A stretch of DNA of 64,000 nt. It comes from Macrostomum hystrix. Its lineage: Eukaryota; Animalia; Platyhelminthes. Shown here one piece after another: positions 18,650 through 31,500 of the stretch (the first letter of the stretch is position 1; every line of letters begins with the position of its first letter). The stretch is taken from contig CATNEN010000030.1 in the NCBI GenBank assembly GCA_950097015.1, positions 4,774,001 through 4,838,000 on the forward strand. The letters are read 5' to 3'. The notes below the pieces were generated by a model that was given only the letters and a program-made list of their open reading frames with translations, ran no database searches and was not told where the DNA came from. The position numbers and the translations under genes are program-made.

Positions 18650-19560
18650 CACGCTTAAAAACACGCATGCCAAAATGGCATTTACTTGTACTAACTTCAT
18701 TGATTAAAAGATGCCTATACCAACACTCACACTCGCAGTTAAAATTTTTTGCTCAAGCTGTGAATACATTTCGGCTGGCTGGTCTCACGGATCGCTAAAT
18801 ACGGCTAAATCAGCACTGAATACAGGCTTTCTCAGCTCCAGCTAGCTTGCGTGACTATTAAAAGTACAAATCACCCTAAACGAGTTCTAGAACACCTTTC
18901 CGCGTGCCGCTCGCACAGATTGTACACTGCCATATCAGCACAAAGTACAGGCACTTTCAGCTCTAACCGTATTGCTTGAATGAAAAATGCGTGAAAAAAT
19001 AAGTGAAAAAAATAACTGTGTGAAGGAAGATGCAGCTTGCAGGTGAGACATCGAGACTACGCTGTGAATAAATTTCAGCCAGCTGCACTCACGGATAGAA
19101 TTATGCTGCTAAATCAGCACTTACTACAGTCTTTCGCAACTCTAACTAGCTAGCTAGACCGTTAAAAGTGTAAAGAACAATTAAAGCACATTGTGCGCGT
19201 TCTAGAACAGCTTTGCGCGTGCAGCTCGCACATATCGCTTTATGCTGCTATTTAAACACAAAGCATAGGCCCTAGCAGCACTTGCTTATCTATAAAAAGT
19301 TTTAAGAACAATAAAAGCACCTTGTACGCACTCAAGCTTTGCGCGTGCTACTTGCAAAGAGTGCGTTTACTGCAATTTCAGCACAGAATATTGGCGCTTA
19401 GGGCAAATTCCTTAATTGAAAAATGTGTTTAAAATTACCAGCACTCACATTGTGCAGGAAGATGGCAATGCAGGGCCGACATCGAGCTTGCGCTATATAT
19501 AAGTTCCAGCTAGCTTTTCTCATGAATCGTAGTTTGCTGCTTTATTAGCACTTAATGCAG
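18650..19560 (+). repeat. Degenerate edge copies of the satellite
   Basis: Recognisable but diverged motifs (accaacactcaca, cagcactgaatacaggctttctcag, tctagaacagctttgcgcgtgc, cagcacagaatattggcgct) that converge on the array consensus rightwards. Left boundary approximate. Confidence 0.8.
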
Positions 19561-22500
19561 GCTTTCACAGGTCTAGCTTCTTGCTTGACAATGAAGAGTT
19601 TAAAGAACAATTAAAGCACCTTTTACGCGCTGAAGAACAGCTTGGCGCGTTCTGCTGACAAGGAGTGTGTTTCGCTACTAATTCAGCACAGAGTATTGGC
19701 GCTGATGGCAATTTGCTGGATTGAAAAAAGCCTTCACGTTTACCAACACTCACAGTGTGCAGTGCAGGGTGCAGTGCAGATGGCAATGCAGGAAAAACAT
19801 CGAAGTGTGCGCTGTATATAAGTTCCAGCTAGCTTTTCTCATGAATCGTAGTTTGCTGCTTTATTAGCAATTAATACAGGCTTTCACAGGTCTAGCTTTT
19901 TGCTTGACAATGAAGAGTTTTAAGAACAATTAAAGCACCTTTTACGCGCTCGAGAACAGCTTGGCTCGTGCTGCTTGCAAGGAGTGCGTTACGCTGCTAA
20001 TTCAGCACAGAGTATTGGCGCTGATGGCAATTTGCTGGATTGAAAAATGTGTTTAATATTACCAGCACTCACAGTGTGCAGGAAGATGGCAATGCAGGGC
20101 TGACATCGAGCTTGCGCTATATATAAGTTCCAGCTAGCTTTTCTCATGAATCGTAGTTTGCTGCTTTATTAGCACTTAATACAGGCTTTCACAGGTCTAG
20201 CTTTTTGCTTTACAATGAATAGAGTTTTAAAAACAATTAAAGCACCTTTTACGCGCTCAAGAACAGCTTGGCGCGTGCTGCTTGCAAGGAGTGCGTTTCG
20301 CTACTAATACAGCACAGAGTATTGGCGCTGATGGCAATTTGCTGGATTGAAAAAAGCCTTCACGTTTACCAACACTCACAGTGTGCAGTGCAGGGTGCAG
20401 TGCAGATGGCAATGCAGGAAAAACATCGAAGTGTGCGCTGTATATAAGTTCCAGCTAGCTTTTCTCATTAATCGTAGTTTCCTGCTTTATTAGCACTTAA
20501 TACAGGCTTTCACAGGTCTAGCTTTTTGCTTGACAATGAAGAGTTTTAAGAACAATTAAAGCACCTTTTACGCGCTGAAGAACAGCTTGGCGCGTGCTGC
20601 TTGCAAGGAGTGCGTTACGCTGCTAATTCACCACAGAGTATTGGCGCTGATGGCAATTTGCTGGATTGAAAAATGTGTTTAATATTACCAGCACTCACAG
20701 TGTGCAGGAAGATGGAAATGCAGGGCCGACATCGAGCTTGCGCTATATATAAGTTCCAGTTAGCTTTTCTCATGAATCGTAGTTTGCTGCTTTATTAGCA
20801 CTTAATGCAGGCTTTCACAGGTCTAGCTTTTTGCTTTACAATGAATAGAGTTTTAAGAACAATTAAAGCACCTTTTACGCGCTGAAGAACAGCTTGGCGC
20901 GTGCTGCTTGCAAGGAGTGAGTTTCGCTACTAATTCAGCACAGAGTATTGGCGCTGATGGCAATTTGCTGGATTGAAAAATGTGTTTAACATTTCCAGCA
21001 CTCACAGTGTGCTGGAAGATGGCAATGCAGGGCCGACATCGAGCTTGCGCTATATATAAGTTCCAGCTAGCTTTTCTCATGAATCGTAGTTTGCTGCTTT
21101 ATTAGCACTTAATACAGGCTTTCACAGGTCTAGCTTCTTGCTTGACAATGAAGAGTTTAAAGAACAATTAAAGCACCTTTTACGCGCTGAAGAACAGCTT
21201 GGCGCGTGCTGCTTGCAAGGAGTGCGTTTCGCTACTAATTCAGCACAGAGTATTGGCGCTGATGGCAATTTGCTGGATTGAAAAAAGCCTTCACGTTTAC
21301 CAACACTCACAGTGTGCAGTGCAGGGTGCAGTGCAGATGGCAATGCAGGAAAAACATCAAAGTGTGCGCTGTATATAAGTTCCAGCTAGCTTTTCTCATG
21401 AATCGTAGTTACTTGCTAAATAAGCACTTGAAACAGGCTTTCACAGGTCTAGCTTCTTGCTTGACAATGAAGAGTTTTAAGAATAATTAAAGCACTTTTT
21501 ACGCGCTGAAGAACAGCTTGGCGCGTGCTGCTTGCAAGGAGTGCGTTTCGCTACTAATTCAGCACAGAGTATTGGCGCTGATGGCAATTTGCTGGATTGA
21601 AAAAGGCCTTCACGTTTACCAACACTCACAGTGTGCAGTGCAGGGTGCAGTGCAGATGGCAATGCAGGAAAGACATCGAAGTGTGCGCTGTATATAAGTT
21701 CCAGCTGGCTTTTCTCATGAATCGTAGTTTGCTGCTTTATTAGCACTTAATGCAGGCTTTCACAGGTCTAGCTTCTTGCTTGACAATGAAGAGTTTTAAG
21801 AACAATTAAAGCACCTTTTACGCGCTGAAGAACAGCTTGGCGCGTGCTGCTTGCAAGGAGTGCATTACGCTGCTAATTCAGCACAGAGTATTGGCGCTGA
21901 TGGCAATTTGCTGGATTGAAAAAAGCCTTCACGTTTAACAACACTCACAGTGTGCAGTGCAGGGTGCAGTGCAGATGGCAATGCAGGAAAAACATCGAAG
22001 TGTGCGCTGTATATAAGTTCCAGCTAGCTTTTCTCATTAATCGTAGTTTGCTGCTTTATTAGCACTTAATGCAGGCTTTCACAGGTCTAGCTTCTTGCTT
22101 GACAATGAAGAGTTTTAAGAACAATTAAAGCACCTTTTACGCGCTCGAGAACAGCTTGGCGCGTGCTGCTTGCTAGGAGTGCATTACGCTGCTAATTCAG
22201 CAAAGAGTATTGGCGCTGATAGAAATTTGCTGGATTGAAAAATGTGTTTAACATTTCCAGCACTCACAGTGTGCAGGAAGATGGCAATGCAGGAAAGACA
22301 TCGAGCTTGCGCTATATATAAGTTCCAGCTAGCTTTTCTCATGAATCGTAGTTTGCTGCTTTATTAGCACTTAATGCAGGCTTTCACCGGTCTAGCTTTT
22401 TGCTTTACAATGAATAGAGTTTTAAGAACAATTAAAGCACCTTTTACGCGCTGAAGAACAGCTTGGCGCGTGCTGCTTGCAAGGAGTGAGTTTCGCTACT

Positions 22501-25500
22501 AATTCAGCACAGAGTATTGGCGCTGATGGCAATTTGCTGGATTGAAAAATGTGTTTAACATTTCCAGCACTCACAGTGTGCTGGAAGATGGCAATGCAGG
22601 GCCGACATCGAGCTTGCGCTATATATAAGTTCCAGCTAGCTTTTCTCATGAATCGTAGTTTGCTGCTTTATTAGCAATTAATACAGGCTTTCACAGGTCT
22701 AGCTTCTTGCTTGACAATGAAGAGTTTAAAGAACAATTAAAGCACCTTTTACGCGCTGAAGAACAGCTTGGCGCGTGCTGCTTGCAAGGAGTGCGTTTCG
22801 CTACTAATTCAGCACAGAGTATTGGCGCTGATGGCAATTTGCTGGATTGAAAAATGTGTTTAACATTTCCAGCACTCACAGTGTGCTGGAAGATGGCAAT
22901 GCAGGGCCGACATCGAGCTTGCGCTATATATAAGTTCCAGCTAGCTTTTCTCATGAATCATAGTTTGCTGCTTAATCAGCACGTGATACAGGCTTTCACA
23001 GGTCTAGCTTCTTGCTTGACAATGAAGAGTTTTAAGAACAATTAAAGCACCTTTTACGCGCTGAAGAACAGCTTGGCGCGTGCTGCTTGCAAGGAGTGCG
23101 TTTCGCTACTAATTCAGCACAGAGTATTGGCGCTGATGGCAATTTGCTGGATTGAAAAATAAGTTTAACATTACCAGCACTCACAGTGTGCAGGAAGATG
23201 GCAATGCAGGGCCGACATCGAGTTTGCTGCTTTATTAGCACTTAATACAGGCTTTCACAGGTCTAGCTTCTTGCTTGACAATGAAGAGTTTTAAGAACAA
23301 TTAAAGCACCTTTTTCGCGCTCAAGAACAGCTTGGCGCGTGCTGCTTGCAAGGTGTGCATTACGCTGCTAATTCAGCAAAGAGTATTGGCGCTGATGGAA
23401 ATTTGCTGGATTGAAAAATGTGTTTAACATTACCAGCACTCACAGTGTTGAGGAAGATGGCAATGCAGGGCCGACATCGAGTTTGCGCTATATATAAGTT
23501 CCAACTAGCTTTTCTCATGAATCGTAGAATGATGCTTAATCAGCACGTGATACAGGCTTTTACAGCTCTGGCTGCGTGCTTAATTATGAAAAGTTTTTAG
23601 AACAATTAAAGCACCTTATATGCACTCAAGCTTTGCGAGTGCTGCTTGCAAAGAGTGCGTTGCACTGCAATTTCAGCACAGAATATTGGCGCTTAGGGCA
23701 AATTGCTGGATTGAAAAATGCGTTCACGTTAACCAACACTCACAGTGGGCAGGAAGATGGCAATGTAGGAAAGACATTTAAGTGGCGCTTTGTATAAGTT
23801 CAAGCTAGCTTTTCTCATGAATCGTAGTATGTTGCTAAGTAAGCACTTGACACAGGCTTTCACAGGTCTAGCTTCTTGCATAAGAATGAAGAGTTGTAAG
23901 AACAATTAAAGCACCTTTTACGCGCTGAAGAACAGCTTGGCGCGTGCTGCTTGCAAGGAGTGCGTTTCGCTACTAATTCAGCACAGAGTATTGGCGCTGA
24001 TGGCAATTTGCTGGATTGAAAAAAGCCTTCACGTTTACCAACACTCACAGTGTGCAGTGCAGGGTGCAGTGCAGATGGCAATGCAGGAAAAACATCGAAG
24101 TGTGCGCTGTATATAAGTTCCAGCTAGCTTTTCTCATTAATCGTAGTTTCCTGCTTTATTAGCACTTAATACAGGCTTTCACAGGTCTAGCTTTTTGCTT
24201 GACAATGAAGAGTTTTAAGAACAATTAAAGCACCTTTTACGCGCTGAAGAACAGCTTGGCGCGTGCTGCTTGCAAGGAGTGCGTTACGCTGCTAATTCAG
24301 CACAGAGTATTGGCTCTAATGGCAATTTGGTGGATTGAAAAATGTGTTTAACATTTCCAGCACTCACAGTGTGCAGGAAGATGGCAATGCAGGGCCGACA
24401 TCGTGCTTGCGCTATATATAAGTTCCAGCTTGCTTTTCTCATGAATCGTAGTATGTTGCTAAATAAGCACTTGACACAGGCTTCCACAGTTCTAGCTTCT
24501 TGCTTAAGAATGAAGAGTTGTAAGAACAATTAAAGCACCTTTTACGCGCTGAAGAACAGCTTGGCGCGTGCTGCTTGCAAGGAGTGCGTTACGCTGCTAA
24601 TTCAGCACAGAGTATTGGCTCTAATGGCAATTTGGTGGATTGAAAAATGTGTTTAACATTTCCAGCACTCACAGTGTGCAGGAAGATGGCAATGCAGGGC
24701 CGACATCGTGCTTGCGCTATATATAAGTTCCAGCTTGCTTTTCTCATGAATCGTAGTTTGCTGCTTTATTAGCACTTAATGCAGGCTTTCACAGGTCTAG
24801 CTTCTTGCTTGACAATGAAGAGTTTTAAGAACAATTAAAGCACCTTTTACGCGCTGAAGAACAGCTTGGCGCGTGCTGCTTGCAAGGAGTGCATTACGCT
24901 GCTAATTCAGCACAGAGTATTGGCGCTGATGGAAATTTGCTGGATTGAAAAATGTGTTTAACATTTCCAGCACTCACAGTGTGCAGGAAGATGGCAATGC
25001 AGGGCCGACATCGTGCTTGCGCTATATATAAGTTCCAGCTTGCTTTTCTCATGAATCGTAGTTTGCTGCTTTATTAGCACTTAATGCAGGCTTTCACAGG
25101 TCTAGCTTCTTGCTTGACAATGTAGAGTTTTAAGAACAATTAAAGCACCTTTTACGCGCTCAAGATCAGCTTGGCGCGTGCTGCTTGCAAGGAGTGCATT
25201 ACGCTGCTAATTCAGCACAGAGTATTGGCGCTGATGGCAATTTGCTGGATTGAAAAATGTGTTTAACATTACCAGCACTCACAGTTTTCATGAAGATGGC
25301 AATGCAGGGCTGACATCGAGCTTGCGCTATAAATTAGTTCCAGCTAGCTTTTCTCATAAATCTTAGTTTGCTGCTTTATTAGCACTTAATACAGGCTTTC
25401 ACAGGTCTAGCTTCTTGCTTGACAATGAAGAGTTTTAAGAACAATTAAAGCACCTTTTACGCGCTCGAGAACTGCTTGGGGCGTGCTGCTTGCAAGGAGT

Positions 25501-28500
25501 GCGTTACGCTACTAATTCAGCACAGAGTATTGGCGCTGATGGCAATTTGCTGGATTGAAAAATGTGTTTAACATTACCAGCACTCACCGTGTTGAGGAAG
25601 ATGGCAATGCAGGGCCGACATCGAGTTTGCGCTATATATAAGTTCCAACTAGCTTTTCTCATGAATCGTAGAATGCTGCTTAATCAGCACGTGATACAGG
25701 CTTTTACAGCTCTGGCTGCGTGCTTAATTATAAAAAGTTTTTAGAACAGTTAAAGCACCTTGTATGCACTCAAGCTTTGCGAGTGCTGCTTGCAAAGAGT
25801 GCGTTGCCCTGCAATTTCAGCACAGAATATTGGCGCTTAGGGCAAATTGCTGGATTGAAAAATGCGTTCACGTTAACCAACACTCACAGTGTGCAGGAAG
25901 ATGGCAATGTAGGAAAGACATTTAAGTGGCGCTTTGTATAAGTTCAAGCTAGCTTTTCTCATGAATCGTAGTATGTTGCTAAATAAGCACTTGACACAGG
26001 CTTTCACAGGTCTAGCTTCTTGCTTAAGAATGAAGAGTTGTAAGAACAATTAAAGCACCTTTTACGCGCTGAAGAACAGCTTGGCGCGTGCTGCTTGCAA
26101 GGAGTGCGTTACGCTGCTAATTCAGCACAGAGTATTGGCGCTAATGGCAATTTGCTGGATTGAAAATTTTTTCAAAATTACCAGCACTCACAGTGTGCAG
26201 GAAGATGGCAATGCAGGGCTGACATCGAGCTTGCGCTATATATAAGTTCCAGCTAGCTTTTCTCATGAATCGTAGTTTGCTGCTTTATTAGCACTTAATG
26301 CAGGCTTTCAGAGGTCTAGCTTCTTGCTTAAGAATGAAGAGTTGTAAGAACAATTAAAGCACCTTTTACGCGCTGAAGAACAGCTTGGCGCGTGCTGCTT
26401 GCAAGGAGTGCGTTACGCTGCTAATTCAGCACAGAGTATTGGCGCTAATGGCAATTTGGTGGATTGAAAAATGTGTTTAACATTTCCAGCACTCACAGTG
26501 TGCAGGAAGATGGCAATGCAGGGCCGACATCGTGCTTGCGCTATATATAAGTTCCAGCTTGCTTTTCTCATGAATCGTAGTTTGCTGCTTTATTAGCACT
26601 TAATGCAGGCTTTCACAGGTCTAGCTTCTTGCTTGACAATGTAGAGTTTTAAGAACAATTAAAGCACCTTTTACGCGCTCAAGATCAGCTTGGCGCGTGC
26701 TGCTTGCAAGGAGTGCATTACGCTGCTAATTCAGCACAGAGTATTGGCGCTGATGGAAATTTGCTGGATTGAAAAATGTGTTTAACATTTCCAGCACTCA
26801 CAGTGTGCAGGAAGATGGCAATGCAGGGCCGACATCGTGCTTGCGCTATATATAAGTTCCAGCTTGCTTTTCTCATGAATCGTAGTTTGCTGCTTTATTA
26901 GCACTTAATGCAGGCTTTCACAGGTCTAGCTTCTTGCTTGACAATGAAGAGTTTTAAGAACAATTAAAGCACCTTTTACGCGCTCGAGAACTGCTTGGGG
27001 CGTGCTGCTTGCAAGGAGTGCGTTACGCTACTAATTCAGCACAGAGTATTGGCGCTGATGGCAATTTGCTGGATTGAAAAATGTGTTTAACATTACCAGC
27101 ACTCACCGTGTTGAGGAAGATGGCAATGCAGGGCCGACATCGAGTTTGCGCTATATATAAGTTCCAACTAGCTTTTCTCATGAATCGTAGAATGCTGCTT
27201 AATCAGCACGTGATACAGGCTTTTACAGCTCTGGCTGCGTGCTTAATTATAAAAAGTTTTTAGAACAGTTAAAGCACCTTGTATGCACTCAAGCTTTGCG
27301 AGTGCTGCTTGCAAAGAGTGCGTTGCCCTGCAATTTCAGCACAGAATATTGGCGCTTAGGGCAAATTGCTGGATTGAAAAATGCGTTCACGTTAACCAAC
27401 ACTCACAGTGTGCAGGAAGATGGCAATGTAGGAAAGACATTTAAGTGGCGCTTTGTATAAGTTCAAGCTAGCTTTTCTCATGAATCGTAGTATGTTGCTA
27501 AATAAGCACTTGACACAGGCTTTCACAGGTCTAGCTTCTTGCTTAAGAATGAAGAGTTGTAAGAACAATTAAAGCACCTTTTACGCGCTGAAGAACAGCT
27601 TGGCGCGTGCTGCTTGCAAGGAGTGCGTTACGCTGCTAATTCAGCACAGAGTATTGGCGCTAATGGCAATTTGCTGGATTGAAAATTTTTTCAAAATTAC
27701 CAGCACTCACAGTGTGCAGGAAGATGGCAATGCAGGGCTGACATCGAGCTTGCGCTATATATAAGTTCCAGCTAGCTTTTCTCATGAATCGTAGTTTGCT
27801 GCTTTATTAGCACTTAATGCAGGCTTTCAGAGGTCTAGCTTCTTGCTTAAGAATGAAGAGTTGTAAGAACAATTAAAGCACCTTTTACGCGCTGAAGAAC
27901 AGCTTGGCGCGTGCTGCTTGCAAGGAGTGCGTTACGCTGCTAATTCAGCACAGAGTATTGGCGCTAATGGCAATTTGGTGGATTGAAAAATGTGTTTAAC
28001 ATTTCCAGCACTCACAGTGTGCAGGAAGATGGCAATGCAGGGCCGACATCGTGCTTGCGCTATATATAAGTTCCAGCTTGCTTTTCTCATGAATCGTAGT
28101 TTGCTGCTTTATTAGCACTTAATGCAGGCTTTCACAGGTCTAGCTTCTTGCTTGACAATGTAGAGTTTTAAGAACAATTAAAGCACCTTTTACGCGCTCA
28201 AGATCAGCTTGGCGCGTGCTGCTTGCAAGGAGTGCATTACGCTGCTAATTCAGCACAGAGTATTGGCGCTGATGGAAATTTGCTGGATTGAAAAATGTGT
28301 TTAACATTTCCAGCACTCACAGTGTGCAGGAAGATGGCAATGCAGGGCCGACATCGTGCTTGCGCTATATATAAGTTCCAGCTTGCTTTTCTCATGAATC
28401 GTAGTTTGCTGCTTTATTAGCACTTAATGCAGGCTTTCACAGGTCTAGCTTCTTGCTTGACAATGAAGAGTTTTAAGAACAATTAAAGCACCTTTTACGC

Positions 28501-31500
28501 GCTCGAGAACTGCTTGGGGCGTGCTGCTTGCAAGGAGTGCGTTACGCTACTAATTCAGCACAGAGTATTGGCGCTGATGGCAATTTGCTGGATTGAAAAA
28601 TGTGTTTAACATTACCAGCACTCACCGTGTTGAGGAAGATGGCAATGCAGGGCCGACATCGAGTTTGCGCTATATATAAGTTCCAACTAGCTTTTCTCAT
28701 GAATCGTAGAATGCTGCTTAATCAGCACGTGATACAGGCTTTTACAGCTCTGGCTGCGTGCTTAATTATAAAAAGTTTTTAGAACAGTTAAAGCACCTTG
28801 TATGCACTCAAGCTTTGCGAGTGCTGCTTGCAAAGAGTGCGTTGCCCTGCAATTTCAGCACAGAATATTGGCGCTTAGGGCAAATTGCTGGATTGAAAAA
28901 TGCGTTCACGTTAACCAACACTCACAGTGTGCAGGAAGATGGCAATGTAGGAAAGACATTTAAGTGGCGCTTTGTATAAGTTCAAGCTAGCTTTTCTCAT
29001 GAATCGTAGTATGTTGCTAAATAAGCACTTGACACAGGCTTTCACAGGTCTAGCTTCTTGCTTAAGAATGAAGAGTTGTAAGAACAATTAAAGCACCTTT
29101 TACGCGCTGAAGAACAGCTTGGCGCGTGCTGCTTGCAAGGAGTGCGTTACGCTGCTAATTCAGCACAGAGTATTGGCGCTAATGGCAATTTGCTGGATTG
29201 AAAATTTTTTCAAAATTACCAGCACTCACAGTGTGCAGGAAGATGGCAATGCAGGGCTGACATCGAGCTTGCGCTATATATAAGTTCCAGCTAGCTTTTC
29301 TCATGAATCGTAGTTTGCTGCTTTATTAGCACTTAATGCAGGCTTTCACAGGTCTAGCTTCTTGCTTAAGAATGAAGAGTTGTAAGAACAATTAAAGCAC
29401 CTTTTACGCGCTGAAGAACAGCTTGGCGCGTGCTGCTTGCAAGGAGTGCGTTACGCTGCTAATTCAGCACAGAGTATTGGCGCTAATGGCAATTTGCTGG
29501 ATTGAAAATTTTTTCAAAATTACCAGCACTCACAGTGTGCAGGAAGATGGCAATGCGGGGCTGACATCGAGCTTGCGCTATATATAAGTTCCAGCTAGCT
29601 TTTCTCATGAATCGTAGTTTGCTGCTTTATTAGCAGTTAATGCAGGCTTTCACAGGTCTAGCTTCTTGCTTGACAATGAAGAGTTTTAAGAACAATTAAA
29701 GCACCTTTTACGCGCTGAAGAACAGCTTGGCGCGTGCTGCTTGCAAAGAGTGCGTTACGCTGCTAATTCAGCACAGAGTATTGGCGCTGATGGCAATTTG
29801 CTGGATTGAAAAATGTGTTTAATATTACCAGCACTCACAGTGTGCAGGAAGATGGCAATGCGGGGCGGACATCGAGCTTGCGCTATATATAAGTTCCAGC
29901 TAGCTTTTCTCATGAATCGTAGTTTGCTGCTTTATTAGCACTTAATGCAGGCTTTCACAGGTCTAGCTTCTTGCTTGACAATGAAGAGTTTTAAGAACAA
30001 TTAGAGCACCTTTTACGCGCTGAAGAACAGCTTGGCGCGTGCAGCTTGCAAGGAGTGCGTTCCGCTACTAATTCAGCACAGAGTATTGCCCTGATGGCAA
30101 TTTGCTGGATTGAAAAATGTGTTTAATATTACCAGCACTCACAGTGTGCAGGAAGATGGCAATGCAGGGCTGACATCGAGCTTGCGCTATATATAAGTTC
30201 CAGCTAGCTTTTCTCATGAATCGTAGTTTGCTGCTTTATTAGCACTTAATGCAGGCTTTCACAGGTCTAGCTTCTTGCTTGACAATGAAGAGTTTTAAGA
30301 ACAATTAGAGCACCTTTTACGCGCTGAAGAACAGCTTGGCGCGTGCTGCTTGCAAGGAGTGCGTTTCGCTACTAATTCAGCACAGAGTATTGGCGCTGAT
30401 GGCAATTTGCTAGAGTTAAAAAAGCCTTCACGTTTTCCAACACTCACAATGTGCAGTGCAGGGTGCAGTGTAGATGGCAATGCAGGAAAAACATCGAAGT
30501 GTGCGCTGTATATAAGTTCCAGCTAGCTTTTCTCATGAATCGTAGTTACTTGCTACATAAGCACTTGAAGCTGGCTTTCACAGGTCTAGCTTCTTGCTTG
30601 ACAATGAAGAGTTTTAAGAACAATTAAAGCACCTTTTACGCGCTGAAGAACAGCTTGGCGCGTGCAGCTTGCAAGGAGTGCGTTCCGCTACTAATTCAGC
30701 ACAGAGTATTGGCGCTGATGGAAATTGGCTGGATTGAAAAATGTGTTTAATATTACCAGCACTCACAGTGTGCAGGAAGATGGCAATGCAGGGCTGACAT
30801 CGAGCTTGCGCTATATATAAGTTCCAGCTAGCTTTTCTCATGAATCGTAGTTTGCTGCTTTATTAGCACTTAATGCAGGCTTTCAGAGGTCTAGCTTCTT
30901 GCTTAAGAGTGAAGAGTTGTAAGAACAATTAAAGCACCTTTTACGCGCTGAAGAACAGCTTGGCGCGTGCTGCTTGCAAGGAGTGCGTTACGCTGCTAAT
31001 TCAGCACAGAGTATTGGCGCTAATGGCAATTTGCTGGATTGAAAAATGTGTTTAACATTACCAGCACTCACAGTGTTCAGGAAGATGGCAATGCAGGGCT
31101 GACATCGAGCTTGCGCTATATATAAGTTCCAGCTAGCTTTTCTCATGAATCGTAGTTTGCTGCTTTATTAGCACTTAATACAGGCTTTCACAGGTCTAGC
31201 TTCTTGCTTGACAATGAAGAGTTTTAAGAACAATTAAAGCACCTTTTACGCGCTGAAGAACAGCTTGGCGCGTGCAGCTTGCAAGGAGTGCGTTCCGCTA
31301 CTAATTCAGCACAGAGTATTGCCCTGATGGCAATTTGCTGGATTGAAAAATGTGTTTAATATTACCAGCACTCACAGTGTGCAGGAAGATGGCAATGCAG
31401 GGCTGACATCGAGCTTGCGCTATATATAAGTTCCAGCTAGCTTTTCTCATGAATCGTAGTTTGCTGCTTTATTAGCACTTAATGCAGGCTTTCACAGGTC

